This document shows positions 11,255-26,099 of a DNA stretch of 64,000 nucleotides, piece after piece; the stretch's first letter is position 1, and each line of letters starts with the position of its first letter. The stretch lies in the NCBI RefSeq assembly GCF_009914755.1, contig NC_060941.1, one strand, 5' to 3'. This stretch comes from the human T2T-CHM13v2.0 reference genome, Homo sapiens. Both the position numbers and the translations under genes were made by a program. A model generated the notes under the pieces. The model made no database searches. It was not told the origin of the DNA and saw nothing but the letters and a program-made list of their open reading frames with translations.

Positions 11255-11414
11255 GCCAGGCATGGTGGCACACATCTGTGGTCCCAGTTACTCATGAGGC
11301 GGAGACAGGATGATCACTTGAGGCTGGGAGGTCAGGGCTACAGTGAGTTGTGATTGTGCCACTGCACTCCAGCCTGGGCAGTGAAGCCAGACCCTGTCTC
11401 AAAAAAAAAAAAAA
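10750..11414 (+). mobile_element. AluJ with the two arms separated by a minisatellite and (CA)n expansion
   Basis: Left arm 10750-10875; right arm 11255-11414 with poly-A; near-TSD ATGC(C/A)AATATC. Confidence 0.9.
10880..11254. repeat. 26/28-bp minisatellite (8 copies) plus (CA)n/(TA)n
   Basis: Unit CGTATAGATGTATATACACATATATA(TA) starting at 10919, 10947, 10973, 11001, 11027, 11055, 11083 and 11111; (CA)n at about 11199-11245. Confidence 0.95.
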
Positions 11415-11999
11415 TGCAAATATCCTGTTTCTCCTTAAATTTTCTCATAGTAATCTTAGTTCTCATTGGTGGATCTTGCCTACAGCAATTATTACTGTGG
11501 TATTCTAGTGAGGGCTTTCCATTTCCTCCCTTCCTTCTACATTTATTAATTGAAATTTATCTATAAGCAAGATCTGTTTCATCTCTTCCATTTAAGAAAA
11601 CTATTCAATTATTTATTTGTAGCAATATGACTGTACAGAGTCTTTATTCGATGGATCATAATCCACTACTATCATTATTTATTTTGTTGCTCCAATTGTT
11701 CCAGCTTTGGCCATTGGGAGCTCCTTCAGGATGGCTCCCTTGTTCTTTTGATAGGTCAAAAGATGCGTTTTGATATGTTCTTTTGACATGGCCTTTTGGA
11801 AAGATGTACTTACCTTCTGGCATCCCAAGTATTTCTGGCTCATCTTGTATTTTCACTCCCTAGTCCTTGAATCAACTACTTCCCCAAGAGGTTCTGGTCC
11901 CTTTTGCTGAGGAATGGTGTTTAGGAACAAAGGTCCGGGCTCCAGAGGCGCTCACTGTTACTGGGGTATCACTGTTCCATGAAATATACGTACACATAC

Positions 12000-12759
<760 letters not shown>

Positions 12760-12799
12760 TAGCTATATTTGTTTCTATAGCTATTTACTTCATAAGTAA

Positions 12800-13190
12800 A
12801 TCATAAGACAAATACTGAACAATATCACCTATATGCAGAATCTTAAAAAGCTGCATTAATAGAAATAGAGAGTGGAATGGTAGTTGCCAAGGGCTGGGAA
12901 GTGAGGGAAATAGGGAGGTATTGGTGAAAGGGTAAAATTTTTCAGTAATAAGATGAATCAGCTCTGGGAATCTAATACACAGAATCGTGACTATAGTAGA
13001 CAATACTGTATTGTAAACTTGAAATCTGTTAAGAGAATAGATCTTAAATGTTCTCATCATACACATACACACACAAACACACACACACACAGATGGTAAC
13101 TATGTGAGTTGATGGATATGCTAACAAATTTGACTGTGGTAATCATTTCACTATAAATATGTATATAAACTCAAAACAAAACAAAATCAT
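12800..13190 (+). mobile_element. L1MA-type 3' end containing (CA)n
   Basis: AGACAAATACTG...GAATGGTAGTTGCCAAGGGCTGGG...GAATAGATCTTAAATGTTCTCA...GGTAACTATGTGAG. Confidence 0.8.
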
Positions 13191-13197
13191 GTTTTCA

Positions 13198-13497
13198 GGC
13201 TGGGCGCATGGCTCATGCCTATAATCTCAGCACTCTGGGAGGCTGAGGTGGGTGGATCACTTCAGGCCAGGAGTTCGAGACCAACCTGGCCAACACAGTG
13301 AAACCTTGACTCTACTAAAAATACAAAAATTGGCCAGGCTTGGTGGCGTGCACCTCTAGTCCCAGCTATTTGGGAGGTTGAGGCATGAAAGTAGCTTGAA
13401 CCCAGGAGGTGGATGTTACAGTGAGCTGAGATCATGCCACTGCCCTCCAGCCTGGGTGACAGAGTGAAACTCTGTCTCAAAAATAAAAACATAAAAA
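13198..13497 (+). mobile_element. AluS
   Basis: Full dimer; TSD AAAACAAAATCATG. Confidence 0.97.
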
Positions 13498-13564
13498 ACA
13501 AAATCATGATTTCATGGATAACTCTCATTCTCGACCAGCACCATAAGATTCATCTTAACCTAAA

Positions 13565-14101
13565 AAGACAGTGAACTGTGGCCGTTGGGCCAAATATGGC
13601 CTACCTCCTGTTTGTTTTGTTTTTGTCTGTTTTTTAATTTGTTTTTTGGGATAGGGTCTTGCTTTGTCATCCACGCTGGAGTACAATGACACTATCATGG
13701 CTCACTGCTGCCTCAAACTCCTGGGCTCCAGTGATCTTCTTACTCAGCCTCCAGAGTAGCTGGGACCACTGAAATATGCCACCATGCTCAGCTAATTTTT
13801 TTTATTTTTTGGTAGAGACAAGGTCTCACTATGCCGCTCAGGCTGATCTCCATAAACTGAACTCTGGGGCTCAAATGATTCTCTCACCTCAGCCTCCCCA
13901 AGGGCTGGGATTACAGGTGTGAGCCACCACGCCTAACCCTGCTTCAATAAAGTTTTATTTAACACACTCATACCTATTTGTTTACATATTATCTGTGGCC
14001 GTTTTTGTTCAAAGGCACAGTTGAATAGTTGAGAAAAAGACTTTATGGCCCACAAAGCTGAAGATACCCGGCCCTTAAAAGAAACAGTTTATGGGCCCCT
14101 G
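13565..14101 (+). mobile_element. MER58A (hAT-Charlie), split by an AluJ
   Basis: GGGCCAAATATGGCCTAC...AATAAAGTTTTATT...TATGGCCCACAAAGCTGAA...CCCCTG. Confidence 0.75.
13610..13938 (-). mobile_element. AluJ
   Basis: T-rich tail then a diverged reverse Alu dimer. Confidence 0.92.
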
Positions 14102-14124
14102 TTCTAGGATTCCTTCTTTCTCTC

Positions 14125-14432
<308 letters not shown>

Positions 14433-14812
14433 TCTTTCTCTATTTGTATCTTCTTTTGCCAACACTGAGGATGAGATTCTTGTATCTACAATGTATCTTA
14501 TTTATTTAATCATAGTTTGCACATCAGGTGGTAATAGAATTCCTGTGAGAAAAAGATTTACCATCCAGAGAACAATGTTTGCACAGTTTTTTTTTTCTTT
14601 TTGCCTTTAGCCTTGTAGTATCTGTTCAAAAGACTGTTTTCCAAAGAGATTGGTGTGGTTATGTAATTCATTTGTAATACAACTTAGTTTCATTTGTTAC
14701 TGCTTGTATTCCATTTGGGCTCCCCCATATTTTGGTTTAATTATTTATTGATTTGGGGCAATGTGAAACACTTCTGTAAGAAACAGTCGGAGTTATTCAA
14801 GAAGGGAAACTT

Positions 14813-15151
<339 letters not shown>

Positions 15152-15199
15152 TCACCCTTGTTCCCCACCCCTACTCCCTCCTTCCCTCCCTTGCCACAT

Positions 15200-15920
15200 A
15201 CCCTCTCTAGGTAATCTGTCTTCTTTGGTCCTGTTTTATCCTTCCAAGTATCTTCTGCACAAGTAAGTGGATATATGTGTATTTTCTTATATCTCCTTCC
15301 TTTTTACATCAGTGACAGTATACTACAGATACTCATTTGTATTTAGCTTTTTTCATTTAACAGTATATCCTGAAAACTCCTCTAAATGAGTTCACAGAGA
15401 TCTTCCCACTCTTTTTGATGGCTATATACTAATCCATGGTGTGGCTACACTATAGCTTACTCATCCACTCTCCCACATATGGGCATTTAGGTTGCCTCCA
15501 ATATTTTGCAATTACAATGTTGTAATGGATTACCTTGTGTGTCTACGTAGTTTCATATTCTTGGAGGTGTATCTTTAGGGTAGATTCTTAGGAGTGGGTT
15601 TCCTGGATCAAAAAGGAAATGCGTATGTACTTTTATTAGATATTGCCAAATTTCTCTCCAGAAGGGTTGTACCAATTTGCATGCCCACCAGCAAGGTATG
15701 AGAGAGCCATTTCTCCATATCCTCATCACAGAGTATAATTTCACAGTTTTACATTTTCCCCACTGATAGGTCAGAAATGGTGTCCTAGTGTTGTTACAAC
15801 TAGCATGTTTATAATGAGGAGGTGAGTTTCAGCGTTTTTCTCATCTGCTTGAGGATGATTTTTAAAACGTGTTTTGGTGAATTATCTGGTCACATCTTTC
15901 CCCCAATTTTTCTATCAAAA
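15200..15920 (-). mobile_element. Old L1M, ORF2 C-terminus and 3' UTR remnant
   Basis: ORF 15553-15744(-) contains CWWACKLVQPFW...FDPGNPLLRIYPKD, matching the L1 ORF2p C-terminal motif. Confidence 0.85.
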
Positions 15921-16003
15921 TGTCCTTATTCTTAAAAGATGCCACTGAAATATACATAGATGAGAAGGATCCTGAAGTGTCAAGTCGTTCATTGGAAAAA
16001 AAA

Positions 16004-16061
16004 GTGTGTGTGCGTATGTGTGTGTGTGTGTGTGAGACACAGAGACAGAAAGAGAGAGAGA
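16004..16061. repeat. (TG)n/(GA)n microsatellite
   Basis: Read directly. Confidence 0.9.
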
Positions 16062-16151
16062 AAGTTTATCCATCTATCTGAGAGAACAACTGCCCCCCGC
16101 TTCCATACACAAAGAGCTAGTTGTCAACAGGCTACTATGTTCCCTTCCATA

Positions 16152-16516
16152 GCGCTATGGTCTAATGTGTGTGTGCCCCCAAATTTCATATTGTGAAACC
16201 TAATCACGATTGTGATGGTATTAGGAGCTGGGGCCTTTGGGAGGTCACTAGGTCATGAGGGATCCACCTTCATGGATGAGATCAGTGCCTGTATAAAAGA
16301 AACCCCAGTGAGCTAGCTAGTTCTTCCACTATGTGAGGCTACACAGCAGGGAAACACCATCTACGAACCAGCAAGTGGGTCCTCACGGGCACTGAATCTG
16401 CTGGGACCTTGTTCTTGGACTTCCCAGTCTCCAGAACTGTCAGAAATAAATTTCTGTTGTGTGTAATCTACACAGTTTACGGCATTTTGTTTTGGTAGCC
16501 CAAATGGACTAAGACA
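16152..16516 (+). mobile_element. MLT1A-type MaLR solo LTR
   Basis: GCTATGGTCTAATGTGTG...CCCAAATTTCATA...CCAGAACTGTCAGAAATAAATTTCTGTTG...GGACTAAGACA. Confidence 0.85.
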
Positions 16517-16724
16517 TGTAGCAACAGTCAACATAATCTCCCAACCTCCCCTTCCTTTGCCTTCGTGGCTTCTCTATGACAAGACACTCTTGGAAGACCT
16601 TAGCTGCCAACAGGCTGAGCACAGCCCTGGGAGTCCCAGCAAACTGGCTGAGAACTTGGGTCTCTAGTCGTTGCTCTGTGAGTGCTGCCAGTGTGTGATG
16701 CCCGGCGCCAGATGTCCCAATTGT

Positions 16725-17051
<327 letters not shown>

Positions 17052-17096
17052 TAAAGGTGGGTTACAAGCCCTTGTCACTCTCCTTCAACTCACAAT

Positions 17097-17100
<4 letters not shown>

Positions 17101-17133
<33 letters not shown>
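17101..17133. repeat. (CA)n microsatellite
   Basis: About 16 CA units. Confidence 0.95.
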
Positions 17134-17137
<4 letters not shown>

Positions 17138-17573
17138 TGTATTAAAGCAACTCTCTTTTTTTCAAATAAAATGGTAATATGGCTATAAAGAAACACCTGC
17201 CTTATTTGCCTGAAACAGGAAATAATTATAAAAGTAAACATGTCGAAAGCAAAATAGAAATAGAGGGCTGGCATGGATGTGATGGAAACCTAGACACTGC
17301 GGGATGTCCAGGGAGGGACCCCAGCCCCTGATACCTTCTGAAGTAAAAATCCCAGAAGGGTGCCTTCAACAGAAATCTTAGATAATTTTTTTGAAGGCAG
17401 ATGGAGAGAGGGTGGTTCCAAGAGCAAATGGGATCTGTAACCTCGATGATCACAACATTTCAATATGGTACCTGGGAAGTAGATGAAATTAGCACATCGA
17501 AAGAGCTGGTACACACTAGATGCTCAATAAATGCTACTGCTAGACTTCTTATCGTCATCACAATCAGCAGCAG

Positions 17574-18133
17574 CATGCAGAAAGAGTAAACATAGCAGGT
17601 GTGAGACTGCTGTCCTTAGAAATGTCTGCTTACAAAGTTGGCCCTTAGGCAGTTCCTGGGAACTTGAATGGTAAACAGTTCCCTACACAGATATAAAAAT
17701 TCCCTAAATAAGAAGAGAGCCTTGCTGTACCTAAACAGTTTGTGCAACTAATATTGCTTACGTCAAATGCTCGCTTCACTTATGGAAGTCTAGACTTTTG
17801 GTATACGTTAGGCAGAGGGTGCCTATGTGACCAGTACCCTCAATAAAATCTCGGGCACTGGTTCTCGAATGAGCTTCTCTGGTCGACAGTATTGTGCGTG
17901 TGCCGTCCCACCTCACTGTTGGAGGAGTGAAGCCCATCTGGTGTAACTCCCCTGGAAGAAGATTCTTAGAAACTTGTGCTGGTGGTTTCCGGACTTTTCC
18001 CTGGGTACCTTTTTTCTTTGCTGCTTTTGCTTTGTAGCTTCTCACTAGAATACATCTCAGCTGTGACTATGTGCTGAGTCTTGTGAGTCCTTGTAAAATC
18101 ACCAAACCTGGGTGCCTTGGGTAGCCACTGCAC
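17574..18133 (+). mobile_element. MER68-like ERVL solo LTR
   Basis: Start TGCAGAAAGAGTAAACATAGCAGG..TGAGACTGCTGTCCTTAGAAA matches recalled MER68; GGCAGAGGGTGCCTATGTGACCAG...AATAAAA is a MER21/68/77-family motif. Confidence 0.8.
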
Positions 18134-18558
18134 AAGCAGCAGCCGCAGTGGCTGAGGGTGGTGTCAGGTGGCTGGACCTAAGGGAAGCCTCTCTCAGAAC
18201 CCATCACATCCTAGCACTGTGGATGGAAGGCAGCCAGCATTCCTGACCCTAGTGGGGTGGGAGTTGCAGGGCTGGGGTTGGAAGAGGCTAAGTACATAAA
18301 ATCCAGGGCCAAAGATGACAGTGGGAACACAGGGACCAGCAAAAGAGGCACACAGGAGGCCATGGCCAACACCAGCTGGGCCCTGCTACATCACAGCAGA
18401 TGCTGCAAGGAGAAAGGCCAACATCTGGTCAGATGCCACTCCTTTCGGGTCAGGAGATGGGACATTCTGAGAACCCAGATCTCCTTTAGGAAAAAAGAGA
18501 AGAGGGTGGGAGAATCTCAAATTGAATGCATCTGTAACCTGAACTGAGCAAATTTAAA

Positions 18559-18589
18559 GCCGGAAGTGACGCGGCCATCTTTAAATGGC
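18559..18589. promoter_or_regulatory. Overlapping ETS-CRE motif plus paired YY1-like sites
   Basis: GCCGGAAGTGACGCGGCCATCTTTAAATGGC. Confidence 0.5.
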
Positions 18590-18641
18590 ATGTTTTTAAC
18601 ATCAGGGCAAATGAGGGTTTGTGAGTGAGGTTCACCAAGAG

Positions 18642-18718
18642 CAGTGGTTCTCAAACCCGAGTGTGCATCCGAATCACCTGGAGGGTTTGTTAAAGCACAG
18701 ACCGTGGGCCCCTCCCCG
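18642..18718 (+). mobile_element. MER5A fragment
   Basis: CAGTGGTTCTCAAACC...GCATCCGAATCACCTGGAGGGTTTGTTAAA. Confidence 0.8.
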
Positions 18719-19454
18719 GCAGGCATAGTATCCAGGAACACTTGGGGTATTGGGAAAATGAAGCTAGAAAGACTCCCTCAATTTTGGTCCTCCTCCCTAG
18801 AGAATTACTAGAACACAGCAGAGTAGAGGGCCAGGAATTGCAAGTAGAGGGCAGGATAAAGAAAATGTGGTACATTTACACAATGCGGGAGGGAGAGAAG
18901 GCTACCGACGGCCTTTCCCCTGATACTCAAGGTCGTCTTGGAAACAACGTCACCACCTACAAGCCCATCCAGTGCTCCCGTGTTCTCCTCTTAGTTTGAA
19001 TACCAAGCTTAACCTGGCAGGAGCGCCCTTTCCCTTGAGGATCTCGGAAGACAGTCAAATGCATTCATCAACTAATATCCCACAAACAGAAGCAGAGGGT
19101 CCATGTTTCAATGGCATTTTGGGCATACAAAAAATTTATAACTTTCCTGAGCTCACAGCAAAGCTTCCCATAAAGGGCTGCCATAAATGGCAGTTTGGAT
19201 GCCCGTTCCGCTCACAAAAGCCCATTTAACTCAAGTGTGCATAGTTTATAAGTATTTAAGTGCCTTGTGGGTTATGTAAAGCTTGTGGGGGAGTTCAGGA
19301 ACTGAATCACCATTTACAACGTGTTTTTTTTCCCCCACTGTGGGAAAATACCTTCCCTGTGAACAGCGAGAAGGAGGGTACTAAAGAAATGTGTAAGAGA
19401 TGGAAATGTGGAGGCTGGAGGGATGTTCTCCTTGCTTTGAAACTCCAAGAACAT

Positions 19455-19769
<315 letters not shown>

Positions 19770-19867
19770 TCATGAAGCAGTTTAGGGATTCATCGATTCA
19801 CAAATAATTTCTGAGCTCCTAATCTCTCAGAGACGACATCCAGGGTGCAACAAAGAATAGTGCTTGA

Positions 19868-20442
19868 GGCTGTTCACAAGAGCCAAGACAGGGAGTCAAC
19901 CTGTGTTCATCAAGAGAAAAATGGATAAAGAAAATGTGGTACATTTACACAATGGAATACTATTCAGCCATAAAAAGAATGAGATCGTGTCATCTGCAGC
20001 AACACGGATGGAACTGGAGGCCATTATGTTAAGTGAAATAGGCCAGGCACAGAAAGACAATGGTTGCACATTCTCACTCATAGGTGGGAGCTACAAAAGT
20101 TGATCTCATGCTGGTAGAGTAGAATGGTGGCTACCAGAGGCTGGGGAGGGAAGAGAGGAGAAGAGTGATCAAGAGGTGGGTTAAGGGGTACAGTAAGAAT
20201 ACAGTAAGATGGAAGGATCACATTCTAGTATTTGACAGTATAGTAGGGAAATTATAGTTAACAGTAATTTATTGTATGCTTCAAAATAGGTAGAAGAGAA
20301 GAATTGTAATGTTCCCAGTACAAAGAAAAGATAAACGTTTGCTGTGATGGGTATCTCAGTTAATCTGATTTGATCATTACACAGTGTCTACAGGTATGCT
20401 AAAAATATAGACAACAATTACCTATCAATTAAAAATAAAATA
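19868..20442 (+). mobile_element. 5'-truncated L1MA with intact TSD
   Basis: L1 ORF2 C-terminal translation (KKNEI..ATRMELEAIMLSEIGQAQKD); A-rich tail; 16-bp TSD AAAGAATAGTGCTTGA at 19852-19867 and 20443-20458. Confidence 0.9.
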
Positions 20443-20791
20443 AAAGAATAGTGCTTGAATCCCTGTCCTCTGGCTGCTCAGAGTCTGAGATGCGCAGACA
20501 CAGAGAAAGGCACTAACCCCCCAGGGAACCTGTTCTGCAGGAGGAAGGCAGCAGCTATTGGAACTTGAATAGAGACAGCCGCGCCCACCTCGGGCTTCTT
20601 CAAGGGCTCCTGGAGGAAGCTGGCCAGGTAAGGAGTTGAAGACCCACTGGAGGCAAAGGGGCCAACGTGTGTAGAGACATGTTGCAGGAGGTATTGATCT
20701 TGATTGGGCTGGGTGGCAGGTGGAGGATGGCCTGGTGGGAGGTGGGCTTAGAGGACACGTTAAGGATTTGTTAAAGAATTGTGGTAAAATT

Positions 20792-21139
<348 letters not shown>

Positions 21140-21357
21140 TTAACCATTTATGAGGTGTACATTTCAGTGGTATTTAGTGTATATTCACAGTGTTGTGCAA
21201 CCATCACCACAATCTAGTTCCAGAACATTTTTATCACCCAAAAGCAAATGCTATACCCATTAGCAGTCACTCCCCACCCCTACCGCCCTCAGCTCCTGGC
21301 AACTATGACTCTGCTTCTGTCTCTATGGATCTGCCCACTCAGGACAGCACATGAATA

Positions 21358-21720
21358 TGATACGGTTTGGCTGTGTCTCCACCCAAATCTCATCTTGAAT
21401 TGTAGCTCCCATAATTCCCATATGTCACGGAAGGGACCTGGTGGGAAGTAATTGAATCATGGGGGTAGGTCTTTCCCATGCTGTTCTCATGATAGTGAAT
21501 AAGTCTCATGAGATCTGATGGTTTTATAAAGGGCAGTTTCCCCACACACACTCTCTTGCTGCTGCCATGTAAGACATGATTTTGCTCCTCATTTGCCTTC
21601 CGCCATGATTGTGAGGCCTCCCCAGCCATGTGGAACTGTGAGTCCATTAAACCTCTTTCTTCTATAAATTACCCAATGTCAGGTATGTCTGTATTAGTAG
21701 TGTGAGGATAGACTAATACA
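21358..21720 (+). mobile_element. THE1 (THE1C-like) solo LTR
   Basis: TGATACGGTTTGGCTGTGTCTCCACCCAAATCTCATCTTGAATTGTAGCTCCC...GACTAATACA. Confidence 0.93.
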
Positions 21721-21964
21721 ATAAATAAAACTACACGCATGTGGCCTTTTGTGTTGGCTTTTTCCACTTAGCAAAATGTTTCAAGGTTCATCCATATTGA
21801 ATCATGTATTTGTATCAGTACTTCTTTCCTTTTACAGCTGAACAATATTCCATTGTATGGGTATGTCTCATTTTGCTTATCCATTCATCCACTGATGGAC
21901 ATTTGGGTTGTTTCTACCTTCTGGCTATTGTAAATAATGCTGCTGTGAACAGTGGTGTACACGT

Positions 21965-22255
21965 TTTCGGTTTCTTTGTTTGTTTTTTTGAGATGGAGTC
22001 CCACTCTGTTGCCCAGGCTGGATTGCAGTAGCACAATCTTGGCTCATTGTTAACCTTCATCTCCCGGGTTCAAGTGATTTTCCTGACTCAGCCTCATGAG
22101 TAGCTGGGATTACAGGCACACAACACCATGCCCAGGTAATTTTTTTGGGTTTCACCATGTTGACCAGGCTGGTCTTGAACTCCCGACCTCAGGTGACCCG
22201 CCCACCTCGGCCTCCCAAAGTGCTGGGATTACAGGTGTGAGCCACAGCACCCGGT
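21965..22255 (-). mobile_element. AluS with a small linker deletion
   Basis: Reverse dimer; the linker lacks GTATTTTTAGTAGAGAC. Confidence 0.93.
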
Positions 22256-22665
22256 CTACATGTTTTTGTTTGAATGCCTGTTTTCAGTGATGTTGGGCCT
22301 ACTCTGAGGAGTGGAATTGCTGAGTCACAGGCTAAGGATTTCATGCTTAGGAGCATCATAGGAGCAGCTAGAGGCCATGTAAGTGAGGAGCTGCATGATT
22401 AGAACTGTGTTTCTAAGCATTGGCTATAGCTGCTGTGGGTGGAAAGTTGGAGGGAAGCAGGAGTGGCCAGAGGTGACAATAGTCCAGGAGAGAGACCAGT
22501 GGAGGCTGGTGGCAGGGGGAAGGAGAGAAGTCACGAATTGCATTCTCCTCATCTCTTTTGCTCCTGCTCTTCTCCCTATCACAGCCGCAGACATCTAGCC
22601 ACAAGCGAGAAATAACCATTTTCCCTGCAGACATTTTCACATTCTGAAACAACGAGGGGTTGAAC

Positions 22666-23594
22666 AACAACCCTTGAGCAACACAGGTTTGAACTGTGCA
22701 GGTCCACTTACATGTGGATTTTCTTCTGTCTCTGCCACCCCAGAGACAGCCAGACCAATACCTCCTCTTCCTCCTCCTCCACAGCGAACTCAGTGTGAAG
22801 ATGATCCACTTCCACTTAATGAATAGTAAATATATTTTCTCTTCCTTAGGATTTTCTTAATAATATTTTCTTTTTTCTCATTTACTTTATTGTAAGAATA
22901 CAGTATATAACAGGGGTCCCCAGCCCCTCGGCCACAGACCTGACCTGGTCCATGGTTTGTTAGGAACTGGGCCTGCACAGCAGGAGATGGGCGGCAGGCA
23001 AGCGAACGAAGCTTCATCTGTATTGACAGCCACTCCCCATCACTCACATTACCACCTGAGCTCCGCCTCCCATCAGATCAGCGGCAGCATTAGACTCTCA
23101 GAGGAGCACGAACCCTATCGTGAACCGCACATGCAAGGGACCTACGTTGTGATGATCGGTCACTGTCCCCCATCACCCCTAGATGGGACGGTCTAGTTGC
23201 AGGAAAACAAGCTCCTCTACATTATGGGGAATTGTATAATTATTTCATTACATATTACAATGTGATTGTAATAAAAATAAAGTGCACAATAAATGTCATG
23301 TGCTTGAATCATCCCGAAACCATCCCTCCCCCCACCCCAGTCCATGGAAAAATTGTCTTCCATGAAACCGGTCCCTGGTACCAAAAAGGTTGGAGACTGC
23401 TGGTATATAATACATATAAAAAATATGTGTTGATCGACTGTTTATGCTATTGGTAAGGCTTCTGGTCAACGGTAGGCTATCAGCAGTTAATTTTTTGGGA
23501 AGTCCAAAGTTATACGTGTAATTGACTAAATGGAACTGACTGTGTGGGGAGGGGGCCGGTGCCCCCAAGCCCCACATTATCCAAGGGTCAATGT
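22666..23594 (+). mobile_element. Tigger2a/MER28 (TcMar) DNA transposon
   Basis: Inverted termini ACCCTTGAGCAACACAGGTTTGAACTG... and ...CAAGGGTCAA; internal CTGCCACCC..GAGACAGC motif. Confidence 0.8.
22911..23402 (+). mobile_element. MER1A (hAT-Charlie) nested in Tigger2a
   Basis: CAGGGGTCCCCA...AAAAAGGTTGGAGACTGCTG; perfect 8-bp TSD GTATATAA at 22903-22910 and 23403-23410. Confidence 0.9.
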
Positions 23595-24325
23595 AGTGAG
23601 CTGGTAAGCACAGCTGATTGTGGGCAAGACAGGTGGTTTTGAACTTCTTCCCAGCTGGACTATGAGAAACTCACTGACCCCCACAAAAAAAACTTTTCAT
23701 GGTCTCTTTTAGCTCCAAGCCTCCATGATTTCTGTGGGAGGCTGTCCTGTAACCATCAGCTCTTCACCTCCAATCATGAAGTGGTTTCCACTGTAAAGGA
23801 AGCTGCTGATTCACGTGGAGACTCTACTATCTTCTTATCAGTCCTTTATTTATATAACTGTCTGACTTATGAGTCAATCTTTAGGACAGGATAAAAGTTC
23901 ACATCTTCTCCCATCTGAATAATCTAAGACCTAGAACATTATCTTGAGGCACCCATTTTGTCAACAAACAAACAAAAAACAAAAATGCCAGCAAACCAAA
24001 GAAAAATGGAAACTGTCCACTTGCACCTCTTTTGAGTCCTCCTGCAAACTGGCATCTACAAGAGGAACTGTCACTCACAGCACCTTTACTGTCATGTGGC
24101 AAGGTATCAGTGGCTTCTGAAGGTGCTGCTTCATGCAGAATGTTTTGGGTGCCCCCTACATTCTAATTTACTACAGGTAACTGTTGGTAAAAGGCCCACT
24201 CAGACTTTCCCATGTAGCTCGTTCTCAATAGATCCTCTATGGAAGGAAAGAAGGAAGGATGAACCGAAAAATGGATAAAGTATACACCCCCATGGAAGAA
24301 GGAAGAAATAGATCCAATGTCATGA

Positions 24326-24658
<333 letters not shown>

Positions 24659-26099
24659 TGAGGCTGATTCTGGCAGTAGTGAGGTCAACAGGGGATTACA
24701 CACCCAATACTTGTGCCATAAAAGCTCCAACCAAGAGTCAAAGGGTTGATCTCGTAGAAAACTCTTTAGCTAAAGACAGAGCCAAAAAACCAAAGTGCAG
24801 CTCAAAGTCAGATGTGCTCTTAGACAGGTCCCCCGAGAGAGCTGGGAATCCTGGGACTCCATCACTTACATTTTCCTAGAGAAGTCTAAGCCCCTGGGTT
24901 CCTTTGGCAGTCTGGCAGCTTGGGGCTCTTCCCAGGCTGTTTTTGAAAGGGGGGAATCACCCTGCCTGACCCTTTTCCAACACTACCCATCTGACTCCTG
25001 CTAGTGGAGGGGCTCTTTAAGTCCCAGGGGAAGGGCTATTCAAGTGCTTAGAAGATTTTGCAATCAAACTTTCAAGGGTAAATATTTGCAGTGACTCACC
25101 AGAGAGGTTTTTCTGCTCTCCTTCTGGCCCCTGGGGAGCCACAGGGCTCTTTCCCCAGGTCTGTTAGCAGTTTACGATGATTATCCGTAGGCTCCCTGGA
25201 CAGCTCATGAGTCAAGAGACTGGGTTCCCGTAACCCACTCCCTTGCCCGGAGGCACCTGGGCTCACCATACCAGAGGTCAGCAGCACATTTACAGCACCA
25301 TAGCCTAGTAAAGTCAAGGGTACAAGTGTCCAGCTTGTGGCCTGGAGGCTTTGCCCAGGCTCGTGGGACAGGCAGACAATTTACAAGGTAAGTAACACAT
25401 CATAAAATTGAGCAGCAAACACTAATGAGCCTACAAGCCAGGACAGAGGACCTTTCTCTCCGACCAGGGAAACTGACACAGCCACTGTCCCAGGTTTGGG
25501 CAGGCGTGCCCTGCTAGCACCGACCACAATGACCAAGGATAACGCATCGTGCTTTCCTCTAGACCCCAAGAAGCAACTGTAAACCTTGGGAGGCTTTCAA
25601 GAGACTCCCCAGATCAAGGGACCTTAACACTGTCCCCAAACTCTATTTGGCAGCTGGTTTATCGCGGCCACCACTATCATCCACCCCCATGATTATGACT
25701 TTGGTGAGTCTCTCTCCTGCTTCAAATCACAGATGTGGTCCCTGACTGAGGCTCACTCTGTTTGCAGAAGGGGACTACGGTGTCATCAGAGAGCTGGGGA
25801 GTGGAGGGGTGAGCTTCCTCAGAGTGTAGCTACAAGAGAAAGCATTTGGCTCTGCATTTGTTGGTGCTCTGTGTGGGTGCCCAATGGCTTGAAGTTGTCA
25901 GCATATCTGGGCACACAAGTTTGTCTCAGGCCCCCCGGGGGTTCTGATGACACGTTAAGCTCATAGGCCATGTGGCAATCATCCTGCAGAACTTTTGGTT
26001 CCGTCTGATCCCAGCTGAACCAATTCAGAATGGGCCAGACACAAGATACAAATGGTGCTGAGCAGGGAATTGATCATCGATTCAACTCCACTGAGTAGA

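Larger units (their letters stand above)
10240..11980 (-). mobile_element. L1MC-type 3' UTR, split by an AluJ
   Basis: CAGGATCCAG...GTTGCATTTAGTTG, GACTTTGAAGAGTGCTGGCCAG and TTGTTCCAGCTTTGGCCATTGGGAGCTC are L1MC 3' UTR hallmarks in reverse. Confidence 0.75.

Noticed and set aside
10766-11313. Repetitive Y/I/C/V/T-rich ORFs of up to 171 aa
   Set aside because: Translations of the TA/CA minisatellite inside an Alu
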